Positions 25,360-38,399 of a stretch of 64,000 nucleotides of DNA are shown piece after piece. Source of the DNA: Octopus sinensis (lineage: Eukaryota); assembly GCF_006345805.1 (NCBI RefSeq), contig NC_043017.1:19282001-19346000 (forward strand), written 5' to 3'. The position numbers and the translations under genes are program-made. How positions within the stretch are numbered: the first letter of the stretch is position 1; every line of letters begins with the position of its first letter. The notes below the pieces were generated by a model. It was not told where the DNA came from. It was given only the letters and a program-made list of their open reading frames with translations, and made no database searches.

Positions 25360-25776
25360 AAAGGCGGCGAGCTGGCAGAAACGTTAGCACGCCGGGCGAA
25401 ATGCTTAGAGGTATTTCGTCTGCTGTTACGTTGTGAGTTCAAATTCCGCCAAGGTCGACTTTGCCTTTCATCCTTTCGGGGTCGATAAATTAAGTACCAG
25501 TTACGCACTGGGGTCGATGTAATCGACTTAATACGTATGTCTGTCCTTGTTTGTCCTCTCTGTGTTTAGCCCCTTGTGGGTAATAAAGAAATAGGTATTT
25601 CGTCTGCCGTTACGTTCTGAGTTCAAATTCCGCCGAGGTCGACTTTGCCTTTCATCCTTTCGGGGTCGATAAATTAAGTACCAGTTACGCACTGGGGTCG
25701 ATGTAATCGACTTAACACCTATGTCTGTCCTTGTTTGTCCTCTCTGTGTTTAGCCCCTTGTGGGTAATTAAGAAAT
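25360..25776 (+). mobile_element. Young SINE family A with internal tandem duplication
   Basis: Full copy followed by a repeat of its 3' ~185 bp; the whole is flanked by 14-bp TSD TGGAAGGTTTTAAT. Confidence 0.9.
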
Positions 25777-26224
25777 TGGAAGGTTTTAATTTAGATCTCT
25801 TTAAGGATGTACAAATTTCATTACATTATCTCTCGATTTAAGATTGATTCTGCCCTTCGTCCAGGATTGGGTTCGCTAAAGTATTAGACAAATACTGAGG
25901 TCATTTTTCAATATTCCTGTTAAGCATTCTGGATGAGAGAAGAATTTAAATAGATTCAATGAATGTTGTAGAATTAATAATGACTTTCCACCAAGAGTTT
26001 CCTCCCTTCTCTTGTCTCTCTCTCTCTCTCTCTCTGTCAGCCTCATCCATCATTTTCTGGTCTGTCCATTTCCTTTCTGAACCTACCTCCTACATACATG
26101 TCACCACTACCACCACCACCACCACCACCACCATCACCAATGCCCTCCCCCCCCATACTCTCTGCTACCGTCAACAGTTAATAGTTTAGTTCTTGCTCTA
26201 ATCTTTATAGAAAGTATAGGATAT

Positions 26225-27100
26225 GCATTCATCAGCATCATCATTACCACCAACACCATCATCATCATCATCATTAGTATCATCATTATCATCATCACTA
26301 CTAACATTATCATCATCATCATCATCACTTTCACCACCACCATGATAAATGTCATCATCACCAATACTGTTACAAGTACTATCATCATCATTGTTGTCAT
26401 CATCATCATCACCATCACTACCAGCACTATTCCAATCATTTGTATTGTTACTATCATCACCACTATCATCATCATCATCGTCATATTTATTACCATTCCA
26501 TAACCATCCTGCACCATTCTCATAATCATCATTATAACTATCACCATCATTATCAACTTTCTCTCCTCTACCTCTTTTTCTTCTGTTTTTTTTCTTTTGC
26601 TGTCTTTGACATCCTCATCCCCTCCCTGCTTCTTCATATCCACATCATTATCATCATCACATCATAAACACCACCATCGTCACCATCATCATTTTCATCA
26701 TCACCACCACCATCATTATCATCATCACCACCATCACCACCACCACCATCATTTTCATCATCATCATCACTACCATCATTTTCATCATCATCACCACCAC
26801 CACCATCATTTTCATCATCATCACCACCACCATCATTTTCATCATCATCATCACCACCACCACCACCATTTTCATCATCATCATCACCACCACACCATCA
26901 TTTTCATCATTATCACCACCACCACCATCATTTTCATCATCATCACCACCACCATCATTTTCATCATCATCACCACCACCACCATCATTTACATCATCAC
27001 CACCACCACCATCATTTTCATCATCATCATCGTCATCACCACCACCACCATTTTCATCATCATCATCACCACCACCATCATTTTCATCATCATCATCGTT
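26225..27100. repeat. (CAT/CAC)n tract with a CACCACCATCATTTTCATCAT sub-array
   Basis: The sub-array recurs many times between about 26670 and 27095. Confidence 0.93.
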
Positions 27101-27704
27101 ATCCCTGTTGTTATCACAAAAGCCATCGTGGATGCCTCTGTGTCCCTACTATTGATAATGTCCAGCGCCAGAGGGGAGAGGGATGGTCGAGGTCACATAG
27201 GGGTTTACAGGGAAACGCTTCTCTGTGTACATTGCACTGAACTTCACAGCATCTCACATTATCTACCACTCTCTCTCTCTCCCTGTCTCTCTCTCTCTCT
27301 CTCCTTCTTCTTCACATTCTCTTCCTCCACCCCTCTCTCTCTCCCGCACTCAGCCCATCTCTCGGAACACTTGTCGGACTATTGGTTTCCTCTTCTGTGT
27401 AGTGTGACAGCTGAACTGAGAAACTTGAAGCTAAGAGACACAGACAGGACTGCGATAGGCTTGCCTTGTCTATTTACTTACTGAAACAGCATCAACGAAA
27501 AGAGAGACTTCTAAGACACAATATAACGTATCTATATTCCGCTGAGAACAAGAATTGGAGGAAAATAAGACAGGCAAGTATTGATGAATATATGATTTAT
27601 TTGATTACTCACACACACACACATATAGATAAAAAAATCATATATGTATTGATGAATATATATATATATATATTATATATATATGATTTTATATATTATA
27701 TATA

Positions 27705-27739
<35 letters not shown>

Positions 27740-27879
27740 CCACACATAATATGGTATGTATATTCTTGAATATTTATAAATTGATGAAAATAGATACATG
27801 TAAATATGACTTTAATTATATATAAAAAAAATATACATATATATGAATGTAATTCATGTATGTATATGTGTGTGTATGT

Positions 27880-28256
27880 CTCTGTCTATCTATCTATCTA
27901 TGTATATCTATCTATATTTATCTATAATATATATATATATATATATATAATATATATATATATATATCTATCTATCTATATATCAATCTATATCTATCTA
28001 TATATATATATATATATCAATCTATATCTATCTATATATATATCAATCTATATCTGTCTATCTATCTATCTCTATCTATATCTGTCTATATATCTATCTA
28101 TCTATCTCTATCTCTATCTATCTATCTATCTATCTATATATATATTTATCTCTCTATCTATATCTGTCTATCTATCTATCTATCTATCTCTATCTGTCTA
28201 TCTATATCTATCTATCTATATCTATATCTGTCTATCTATCTATATCTGTCTATCTA

Positions 28257-28301
<45 letters not shown>

Positions 28302-28538
28302 CTATCTGTCTATATCTATCTATCTTTCTATATCTATCTTTCTATATCTATCTATCTATATCTATCTATCTATCTCTGTCTATCTATCTATATCTATTTA
28401 TCTATATCTATCTATCTATCTATATATCTATCTGTCTATCTATCTTTATCTATATCTATCTATCTATCTATATATCTATCTGTCTATCTATCTATATCTA
28501 TTTATCTATCTATCTATCTATCTATATCTATCTTTCTA

Positions 28539-28583
<45 letters not shown>

Positions 28584-28680
28584 CTATCTATCTATATCTA
28601 TCTATCTATCTATATATCTATCTGTCTATCTATCTATATCTATTTATCTATCTATCTATCTATCTATATCTATCTTTCTA

Positions 28681-28721
<41 letters not shown>

Positions 28722-28806
28722 CTATCTATCTATATCTATCTATCTATCTATATATCTATCTGTCTATCTATCTATATCTATTTATCTATCTATCTATCTA
28801 TCTATT
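27880..28806. repeat. ~0.93-kb degenerate (TATC)n / GATA satellite
   Basis: Direct reading. Confidence 0.95.
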
Positions 28807-29421
28807 TCATCATCCTCATTTAATTTACATTGCCCAAGCTGTCATACACAAACACACATAGCGCAGAAGTGGTTGTGTGATAAGTAGCTTGATAATAACC
28901 ACATGTCTCCAAAGTTCAGTCTCACTATGTGGCATTTGGGGCAAGTGTCTTCTACTATAGCCTCGAGCCGACAAAAGCCTTGTGAGTGGTTTTGGTAGAC
29001 AGAAACTGAAAGAAGCCCATCGTATATATATGTGTGTATATATATATATATATGTGTATATATATATATATGTGTATATATATATGTGTATATATATATA
29101 TATATATAAATATAAAGTGAGTTAACTTTTTTTGAAATTTTATTTTAACTTTAAAACTTTCAACTTTTTAAGCTAAGAAGATGCTGTCTTACTTATTAAA
29201 AGGTTGATGGTTCCCATCCATCTCACCAGCCTTGCACTGCATTCACTCTCAATAGTTCAACTTATATAGACAACAAACATTGTATACAATCGCAGCGTGG
29301 AAGGTGTTTATGAGCCATTTGAGAAACACACAAGGACCGTTAGATTCACTTCAACATTTAAATTCAATTTGTCAAAATATTTTCGTCGCTTTGGGACTGC
29401 AACCTGTTCACTGACAGCACA

Positions 29422-30003
29422 GTGCCGGTGGCACGTAAAACGCACCATCTGAGCGTGGCCGTTCGCCAGCCTTGTCTGGCACCTGTGTCGGTGGCACGTA
29501 AAAAGCACCCACTACACTCATGGAGTGGTTGGCGTTAGGAAGGGCATCCAGCTGTAGAAACACTGCCAGATCTGACTGGGCCTGGTGCAGCCTTCGGGCT
29601 TCCCAGACCCCAGTTGAACCGTCCAACTCATGCTAGCATGGAAAGCAGACGTTAAATGATGATGATGATATATATCATCATCATCACTATCATCATCGTT
29701 TAACATCCGTTTTCCGCACTAGCACGGGTTGGACGGTTCGACCGGGGTCTGGGAAGCCAGGGGCAGCTCCAGTCTGATCTGGCAGTGTTTCTACGGCTGG
29801 ATGCCCTTCCTAACACCAACCACTCCGCGAGTGTAGTGGGTGCTTTTTACGTGCCACCTGCACAGGTGCCAGGGGGTGGGGTCTGGCATCGGCCACGATC
29901 GGTTGGTGCTTTTAATGTGCCACCGGCACGGAAGCCAGCCAAGGCGGTGCTGGCATCGGCCACGTTCGGATGGTGCTTTTTATGTGCCACCAGCACAGAA
30001 GCC
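29422..30003. mobile_element. Two RTE-clade 3' UTR copies tail-to-tail (29422-29668 +, 29675-30003 -)
   Basis: (GAT)n tail of one meets the (CAT)n tail of the other at about 29655-29700. Confidence 0.85.
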
Positions 30004-30019
30004 AGTATATATATATATC

Positions 30020-30060
<41 letters not shown>

Positions 30061-30529
30061 CTGTGTTTGTCTCCCCAACATCGCTTGACAACCGATGGTG
30101 GTGTGTTTATGTCCCTATAACTTAGCGGTTCGGCAAAAGAGAACGATAAAATAAGTACTAGGCTTACAAAGAATAAGTCCTGGGGTCGATTTGTTTGACT
30201 AAAGACAGTGCTCCCGCATGGCCGCAGTCATATGCCTAAAATGAGTAAAAGAATACATATATATATTTTTTCATCACACACAACATGGACCAAATTTCTT
30301 AAGAAAAAATATATATTCAAATAAGTAAAACATAATATCATGAATAGCAAGCGAAACTGGTCGATATATTAAAAATTATATTAAAACTATCTAAGTGTGC
30401 GTATTTTCCTTTTCTAATTTCTTATATACATTACAACTCACCATGTGGGGATAATCGAAATTCCTCTTTTCTGTTACTTCTACTATATATAATATATATA
30501 TATATATATAATATATATATATAATATAT

Positions 30530-30567
<38 letters not shown>

Positions 30568-31053
30568 TAAATAGATATAAATGTATATGTGTATATGAAT
30601 TGAAGGCTATGTATTCACACACACACACACACACATATCCACTGTTTTTTTATGCTATTAGTTATCTCTTTCTTCCCACTGGAACCATTTCCTATTAGCA
30701 TCCAGTCCTTATTCTCATCATCATCATCCTTTCCCAGTCATGTGCTTCAGTTATCTCCACCATCCCACATTTTAGGTCTACCGTATTTCATCCTTAACAC
30801 CTCTCATACCTGCTTACATTCTCAATGCCCTCCGTTGTCCACTACTGATACTCTGTTTCCACTATTGTCACCCCACTTACTCTAGCCACTCTTATGTCCC
30901 AGAGACCAGATACCAACACCCATATGTCCATCTCTGTCACTATATACCTCTCTCCTCTCCATTCTTTCACCCTACACATCATCTTGCTACTTTTTGATCT
31001 ATCTACAGGTTGCCCCTTGTTACTCCCCACCCCCACCTTCTATCTATCTATCT

Positions 31054-31789
31054 AGCTGCAGGATTGCATCCGGCACCAATGTATTCTTAGGCATAGTTTC
31101 TACAGCTGGCAGCCATTCTTACCACCAACTAATTCATGTGCCTACTGAGTGGTTTCTTCCTACCATCAGCCCAAACAAGTGTTCTGAAGCTAAAGTATGA
31201 TAGAGGAAGAAGTGCAGATGTCTGGACACAGAAGAGATACATGGCTTTCCTGCATTATATAACGATGTTTACTACTTGTAGTTGAGAGGACGTTCACACG
31301 GAAGTGTATGTATGTGTGGGTGGGGTTGGAGTTGAGGCGTTCCAACCAATCAGTTCACCATATTCCTGACAATCCACATCTGACTGCCAGCTCTAACGTT
31401 CAAAGTGTGTATGCATGTGACCTAGGACCACATGTGAACATGTATTCACACTGAAACTCCAAACACAAACTACACCTCAACAACAAATGATAACTATGGC
31501 TGTGGCATCAACCCCAACCCCACCCACACATACATACACTTCCGTGTGAATGTCCTCTCAACTACAAGTAGTAAACATCGTTATATAAGGCAGGAAAGCC
31601 ATGTATCTCTTCTGTGTCCAAACATCTGCACTTCTTCCTCTATCATACTTTAGCTTCTCAACACTAGGTTGGGCTGATGGTAGGAAGAAACCACTCAGTA
31701 GGCACATGAAGTAGTTGGTGGTAGGAATGGCTTCCAGCTGTAGAAACCATGCCTAAGAATACATTGGTGCCTGATGCAATCCTGCAGCT
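31054..31789. repeat. Inverted repeat, 282-bp arms (31054-31335 / 31508-31789)
   Basis: 13 mismatches by eye, no indels, 172-bp spacer. Confidence 0.92.
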
Positions 31790-32175
31790 TGTCAGATCCT
31801 ATTAAACGATCCAGTCTATGCCAGTGTAATAAATGGACATTGAGTGATAATGATCCTTTTGAACTTGCTATCCACTGGAACTATATATATATATATATAA
31901 ATGAGTTTCTAGCTACCAAATCCACTCACAAGGCTTTGGTCGGCCCAAGGCTATAGTAGAAGACAATTACCCAAGGTGCCATGCAGTGGAACTGAACCTG
32001 GGTCCATGTGGTTGATAACCAAGCTACTTACCACACAACACACACACACACACATGTACATACACCCATGCACTTGCATATTATACACACATATTGACAT
32101 AGACACCCACCCATAGACATATGTATATACATACACATATACAAGTAGATGTAAGTGTATACATACATAAGGACA

Positions 32176-32575
32176 CATCATCATCATCATTTAGCGTCCG
32201 CTTTCCATGCTAGCATGGGTTGGACGGTTCAACTGGGGTCTGGGAAGCCAGAAGGCTGCACCAGGCTCCAGTCTGATCTGGCAATGTTTCTATGGCTGGA
32301 TGCCCTTCCTAACGCCAACCACTCCGTGAGTGTAGTGGGTGCTTTTTACGTGCCACCGGCACAGGTGCCAGACGGGGCTGGCAAACGGCCACGGATGGAT
32401 GGTGCCTTTTACGTGCCACTGGCACGGGGGCCAGGCGGGGCTGGCAACGGCCACGGTCAGGTGGTACTTTTTACGTGTCACCAGCACGGGGGCTGGCAAA
32501 GGCCACGATCGGATGGTGGTTTTTATGTGCCACCGGCATGGGGGCCAGGCGAGGCTGGCAACGACCACGGTCAAG
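32176..32575 (-). mobile_element. RTE-clade LINE 3' UTR copy
   Basis: Same UTR with about four GTGCCACCGGCAC-type modules. Confidence 0.8.
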
Positions 32576-32579
32576 TATA

Positions 32580-32611
<32 letters not shown>

Positions 32612-32647
32612 CATCATCATCATCATCGTTTTATATATATATATATA

Positions 32648-32949
32648 CCATGGACAAGAAGCATTTCTACCACTTTTACACATCACTTTCCTTGGATAAT
32701 GGAACTGCAAATATAACATCCTAGATATTTTTTTATTTCTATTTTTATTCTTTTATTTCTCTTCATACTTGTTATTTCTCTCCTTTTCCAGAATAACTCC
32801 TTATATTGAACTCTAATATTTCCCTCTATTTAACCATCTCATATCCCCTCTGATGAAGGGATATCCCAGAAACAACTGTAAGACTAACTTTCTCTTTATA
32901 AATGTCCTATAAACTCCACACAGCCTTGGCTTTTGTCATCTCATTTTAA
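32648..32949 (+). mobile_element. Family F4 element with minimal hammerhead motif at 32847-32884
   Basis: CT-CTGATGA-A-GGG(ATAT)CCC-A-GAAAC-AACT-GTA-AG: core intact, helix I only 2 bp. Lies between (TA)n and (CA)n. Confidence 0.6.
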
Positions 32950-32974
32950 CACACACACACACTCTTTCTCTCTC

Positions 32975-33216
32975 TCTCTTTTACTTTCCTTTACTCTTTT
33001 ACTTGTTTCAGTCATTTGACTGTGGCCATGCTGGAGCACCACCTTTAGTCGAGCAAATCGACCCCAGGACTTATTCTTTGTAAGCCTAGTACTTATTCTA
33101 TCGGTCTCTTTTGCTGAACTGCTAAGTTACGGGGATGTAAACACACCAGCATCGGTTGTCAAGTGATGTTGGGGGGACAAACACAGACACAAACGTATAC
33201 ATACACACATACATAT

Positions 33217-33284
<68 letters not shown>

Positions 33285-33436
33285 GGCTTCTTTCAGTTTC
33301 CATCTACCAAATCCACTCACAAGGCTTTGGTCAGCTCAAGGCCATAGTAGGAGACACTTGCCCAAGGTGCCATGCAGTGTGCCTGAACCCGGAACCATGT
33401 GGTTGGTAAGCCAGCTATTTACCACACAGTCACTCC
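32975..33436 (-). mobile_element. SINE family B
   Basis: Full-length reverse copy with internal (TA)n. Confidence 0.85.
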
Positions 33437-33932
33437 TACGTACATCTTTTTACTCATATATAATCATAGTCATATAGAATGTATGTGTGACCAAGTGATT
33501 AGGGTGTTTGGCTCATAATTGCAAGGTTGTGATTTCAATACTCAGCAATGCTTTGTGTCCTTGAGCAAGACTCTTTATTTCACATCGCACCAGTCCACTC
33601 AGCTGGCAAAAAGTGAGTTGTACCTGTATTCCAAAGGGGCCAGCCTTGTCATGTCATGTTGTATCTCCCTGAGAACTACATTACGGGCATGCATGTCTGC
33701 AGAACGCTCAACCGCTTCCATGTTAATTCCATGAGCAGGCTGTTCCGTTGATCTGATGGACCAACTGGAACCTTCTGCCAGTTATATATACACATAAATA
33801 GATAAATGATAATATAAAATAAAATAAGGAAATAATAGCACGACAAAAATTTCCTCCAAATAATAGAAAATAGGAATGATAAAAATAAAGCATTACTAAT
33901 AATGAGAGTGAATTTCATGAAAGTAATACATA

Positions 33933-34455
33933 CCGTAAATCCTCGAGTATAATCCGCATTTTTCCCCCCAAAATTTAAAGGTCAAAATCCTTCGTGCGTT
34001 TTACACACGAGGTCAAAAACGAAAATTATTTTCTAAGCAATGTTCAAGTCTCTATTTGCTGTCCAGCAATGTTTATTTAGACGCATTTTGTGATTTCGGG
34101 TGCGAAAATACCTTAAGCTAAGCCTGAAAGCAATGAAGTCATAAAAGGATCATCCATAACTTGCAGTAAGCAATATTTATTAAACGTTATTGCTATTATT
34201 ACTGTTATTTCTTTATTTTCTGCAAACAAAATGCACAAAAAAGCTACGCATTTGCATTATGTTATATATACAATAATAATAAAGTATGTTACTGTATACA
34301 TTTTTACAAACCAAGGATGTTATATAGACCTCCTTGACTCATGTTAGAGAAGGGGTGCGTATTACACACAAGGTTTAGGTTTTTCAGAAGTACAGCCCCC
34401 CTAAGAATCCCCTGCATATTATACTCAAGGGCGGACTATACTCAAGGATTTACGG
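33933..34455. mobile_element. Tc1/mariner-pogo-type MITE
   Basis: TIRs CCGTAAATCCTCGAGTATAATCCGC / GCGGACTATACTCAAGGATTTACGG with TA duplication on both sides. Confidence 0.85.
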
Positions 34456-34466
34456 TAATCGTTTCT

Positions 34467-35367
34467 ATTACAGGCACAAGGCCTGAAATTTGAGGGGAGG
34501 GGACTAGTCGATTAAATCAACCCCAGTATGCAACTGGTACTTAATGTATTGACCATAAAAGGATGGAAGGTGAAGTTGACCTTGGCAGAATTTGAACTCA
34601 GAATGTAGTGACAGGCGAAATACCACTAAGCATTTTGTCCAGTGTACTAACGATTCTGCCTGATTGCCGCCTTGTGAAAGTAATATATAATAGCGATATT
34701 TAATGATATAAAAATTATAGCAATAACATTAATGATTACATAATGATAAAATAACAATCCTTTCTAATATAGGCACAAGGCCAGCAATTTTGGGAGTTGG
34801 GGGTAAGTTGATTACATCAACCCCAGTATTCAACTTGTACTTAATTTATTGACCCCGAAAGGTATGAAAGGCGAAGTCAACCTTGGTGGAATTTGAACTA
34901 GTGCCATCTTAATAGTAATAATAATGGTTTCAAATTTGTCCACAAATGTAGCAATTTGGGAGGAAAAGATGAATCGATTACATTGACCCCAGTGTTTAAC
35001 TGGTACTTATTTTATCGACCCCGAAAGGATGAAAGGCAAAGTTGACCTCAGCAGAATGGGCAAAATATTGCTAAGTATTTCATCCAGCATGCTAACGATT
35101 CTGCAAGTTTGCCGCTTTAAAACTAATAATTATATTAATTAATGATAATTAATAATAATTAATAATAATAATAATCCTTTCTGCAATAGACACAAAGCCT
35201 GAAATTTTGGGGGAGGGGCTAGTTGATTACATCAACCCCAGTGTTTCACTGGTACTTAATTTATCGACCCTAAAAGGATGAAAGGCAAAGTCAACTTGGG
35301 CGGAATTTGAACTCAGAATATAGCGATGGGCAAAATACCTCTAAGCATTTTGCCTAGCATGCTAACA
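34467..35367 (-). mobile_element. Cluster of four same-orientation SINE family A copies
   Basis: Copies at about 34467-34672, 34757-34900, 34925-35117 and 35173-35367, separated by AAT-rich spacers. Confidence 0.82.
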
Positions 35368-35769
35368 ACAACAACAACAACAATAATAATAAATAATGCT
35401 AATAAATTTAAGAAAAAAAGACTTCTGAAATAATACAAATGTGAGATTTAAATTTTAATTAAGATTTTTAAAATAATTTATGTGAATTTTGTTAAGTTAA
35501 AAGTTAGTGAGAAATTTTAAATAATATATTAAATTTCTATCATAGGATTAATTACGTTGAAATGTTAATCTAATTTATCTGTTCTTAATCTAATGAATTG
35601 AATGCGATGCAGACAAGAAAAAAAAAAAAGAATTACATTTGAATTTATGTTGGTTGTATTGGGGTTAATTAAAAGTGAAAATTATGAATTAATGGATATT
35701 AAAGTTTCTTTTAAGATTTAGTGACTGACAGGGAGAGAGAGAGAGACGATGTGTGTGTGTATGTATATG

Positions 35770-35807
<38 letters not shown>

Positions 35808-35953
35808 GTATATGTGTATATATGTATATGTGTATATATGTATATATGTGTATATATGTATGTATATATATATGTATATATGTGTATGTGTGTATATGTG
35901 TATATATGTATGTGTATATATATGTGTATATATATGTGTATATATGTGTATAT

Positions 35954-35985
<32 letters not shown>

Positions 35986-36705
35986 CAAATGTCCACAGAG
36001 AAAGAGAGAAGAAGCACTCACATGCACACACTCAGAGGTATAGCACTGTGGTTAAGAAGCTTGCTTTGCAACAAAATAACTTCAGGTTCAATCCTGCTGC
36101 ATGGCAGTTTGGCTAAGTGTCGAGTGCTTCATAAAATGCACCCAATTCACTCTGCAAAGTGTTTAGCATTAGTAAGGGCATCCAGCTGTAAAAACCATAC
36201 CAAAGCAGACCGTGGAGCTTGGTGCAGTCCGCAGCTTTACCTGCACCTGTAAAACCATCCGACACATCCCAGCGTGGAAGATGGATGTTAAATGAGGATG
36301 ATGATGATGCTCATGACAATGGTAATACATAGTTTGTTCATGAAATGAGAATTTAGAAACTTCCAGAGACATAAAATAACTGATTTTTAACAGTGGGATA
36401 CGAAGTAGATGAAGTTATAAATAATAACATTTAAATATTGGATTAAAAAAGCCCTTGAATGGAAAATGTTAGTTTTTGTTTTGTTTTAAAGGCCAATGTT
36501 TAGATGCTATTATCTATAGCTTTATCTACTTTGCGTTCCACCATTAAAAACTATACACCCATTATATGCAACAGAATCAGTATTAGTTTAAAATTGCCAT
36601 TTATGTATCACACTCAATGTAAATGCATCTCTATTTGTAACCACAACACATCCATTGGACAAATACTGCTGTAAAGTTTGCCTGTCCTAATGTGTATACA
36701 TTAGG

Positions 36706-37062
36706 TGCAGGTGTGGCTTCCCAATTATATGGTTCTGGGTTCAGTTCCACTGTGTGACTCCTTGGGCAAGTGTCTTCTATAGCCTCAGGCTGACCAAAGC
36801 CTTGTGAGTGGATTTGGTAGACGCAAACTGAAATAAGCCCATCGTATATATATATATAGATGTGTGTGTGTTTGTGTCTATATTTGTCCCCTCACCATCA
36901 CTTAACAATGTTGGTGTATTTACATCCCTGTAACTTAGTGGTTTGACAAAAAAGACTGATAAAATATGTATTAGACTTAGAAAGAATAGGTCCAGAGGTA
37001 GATTTCTTTGATTAAAAGGTGGTGCTCCAGCATGGCCTCAGTGAAATGACTGAATAAAAGAA
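36706..37062 (+). mobile_element. SINE family B
   Basis: Head GGTGCAGGTGTGGC, partly deleted; body and tail present. Confidence 0.8.
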
Positions 37063-37078
37063 TACAAGAGCTGATATG

Positions 37079-37132
<54 letters not shown>

Positions 37133-37135
<3 letters not shown>

Positions 37136-37359
37136 ATGTCATGATAGATCGTTAGCTCCTACACACACGCATTTTTTCTCTCCTTGTTTCTCTCTCCTTG
37201 TTTCTCTCTTTGTTTTCGTCTGTGTTCTTTCTGTCGAAGAGCATAGACTCGAACGTAAAGACTTTTTCTATTTCTATTCCTGAGCGCCATACTAATACAC
37301 TTGTTTGTTTGTACTCCACCTGCCTTCGTCTTTTGTTTATTTTCGTAAACTTTCCCTGT
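37133..37359 (+). mobile_element. Family F1 element, copy 1; damaged hammerhead motif at 37226-37261
   Basis: TCTTT-CTGTCGA-A-GAGC(ATAG)ACTC-GAAC-GTA-AAGA, with one core A deleted. Between a long (TA)n tract and a short one, ending about 90 bp upstream of the GPCR ATG. Confidence 0.72.
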
Positions 37360-37447
37360 ATATATATATGGAAAACGGACGCTAAATGATGATGATGATA
37401 TGTATGTGTGTGAGTATGTATTTATGTATATATATTTGTTTATACAG

Positions 37448-37784
37448 ATGAAAATGACGACTCTATCCAACTGGACACAACCGTTATCCACAATGGTTTC
37501 TCTGCTGGCACCAAATGAAACGTCTGGTGAAAATGAGGAATCAGATCTACAAAACGAAAGCTGGGAATTCTACATTTATTATTATGGAATGTTCTGTTTG
37601 GTGGCCGTCGTTAATTTAACTGGCAATTCACTGGTAATTAGTACAATAATAAGACACCGTCAATTACAATATTGTTGTAACTGGTTTCTCCTCAGTTTGG
37701 GCTTCTCTGACCTTCTACAGGGTTTTGTCTACCCCATATATAATTTGTCACACATCGAGATATCTGCTATCAGCGAACCTCTTG
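37448..37784 (+). CDS. Class A (rhodopsin-like) GPCR, exon encoding N-terminus, TM1, TM2 and ECL1; subfamily unassigned
   Basis: MKMTTLSNWT...NET...NES (three N-glycosylation sequons), TM1 with GNSLVI, ICL1 RHRQLQ, TM2 NWFLLSLGFSDLLQGFVYP. Preceded by acceptor-like TATACAG immediately before ATG. Ends at phase-1 donor CTTG|GTAAGT (37784/37785). No TM3-TM7 exon found in the window. Confidence 0.88.
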
Positions 37785-38047
37785 GTAAGTATCATTCCAG
37801 TTGTTGTTGTTGTTGTTGTTGCTATTTATTACCATTTATAATTGTTGTTGATGTTGTTATTATTACTAGTGGGGACCCGTGAGCATTTCACGGAATCAAT
37901 GGTACACCTATTGGGTTGTTTCTGAAATCTTTATTCAAAAAGCCTGAAAGCATAGCCTGTGTTGTGTCTGCATGAAAAGATAGTCATTCATCTGCTTCTT
38001 ATTGAAAAGTGAAAGAAATTGGAATATGATGATTATTAATGCACTTC

Positions 38048-38082
<35 letters not shown>

Positions 38083-38085
38083 AAT

Positions 38086-38340
38086 ACAAATAAGAAATGG
38101 AGGAACAGATTCATTTCAATTATCGACTTACAGATATTACCAATTCATATTATTTATTAACTACATAAATAGGAACATCCAAGTCCAACAAAACAAAACA
38201 ATATACATCAATATGTAAGATAATAATACCATAAGAATAATACACATGAAATGGATCTTACAGCTGTTTCAGCCTGTAGATAAAGGTATCTCATTCTGCC
38301 TATATTAGTCAGATGTATTGAGGTAATATGCAGTTAACAC
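38086..38340 (-). mobile_element. Family F5 element remnant with the 3' half of a hammerhead motif
   Basis: Minus strand GAAAC-AGCT-GTA-AGATCC at about 38254-38270, then a ~170-nt tail ending in (TA)n at 38049-38085. 5' core not recognisable. Confidence 0.4.
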
Positions 38341-38399
38341 TTTATATACCCTATGTATAATTTTATAGACTTAATACACACCACTCATAAGATAAATAT

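Noticed and set aside
26597-27484. 295-aa poly-His / Ile-Thr ORF
   Set aside because: Trinucleotide repeat lacking stops by composition; no splice or domain evidence.
27806-28861. 351-aa YLSI-repeat ORF
   Set aside because: Translation of (TATC)n.
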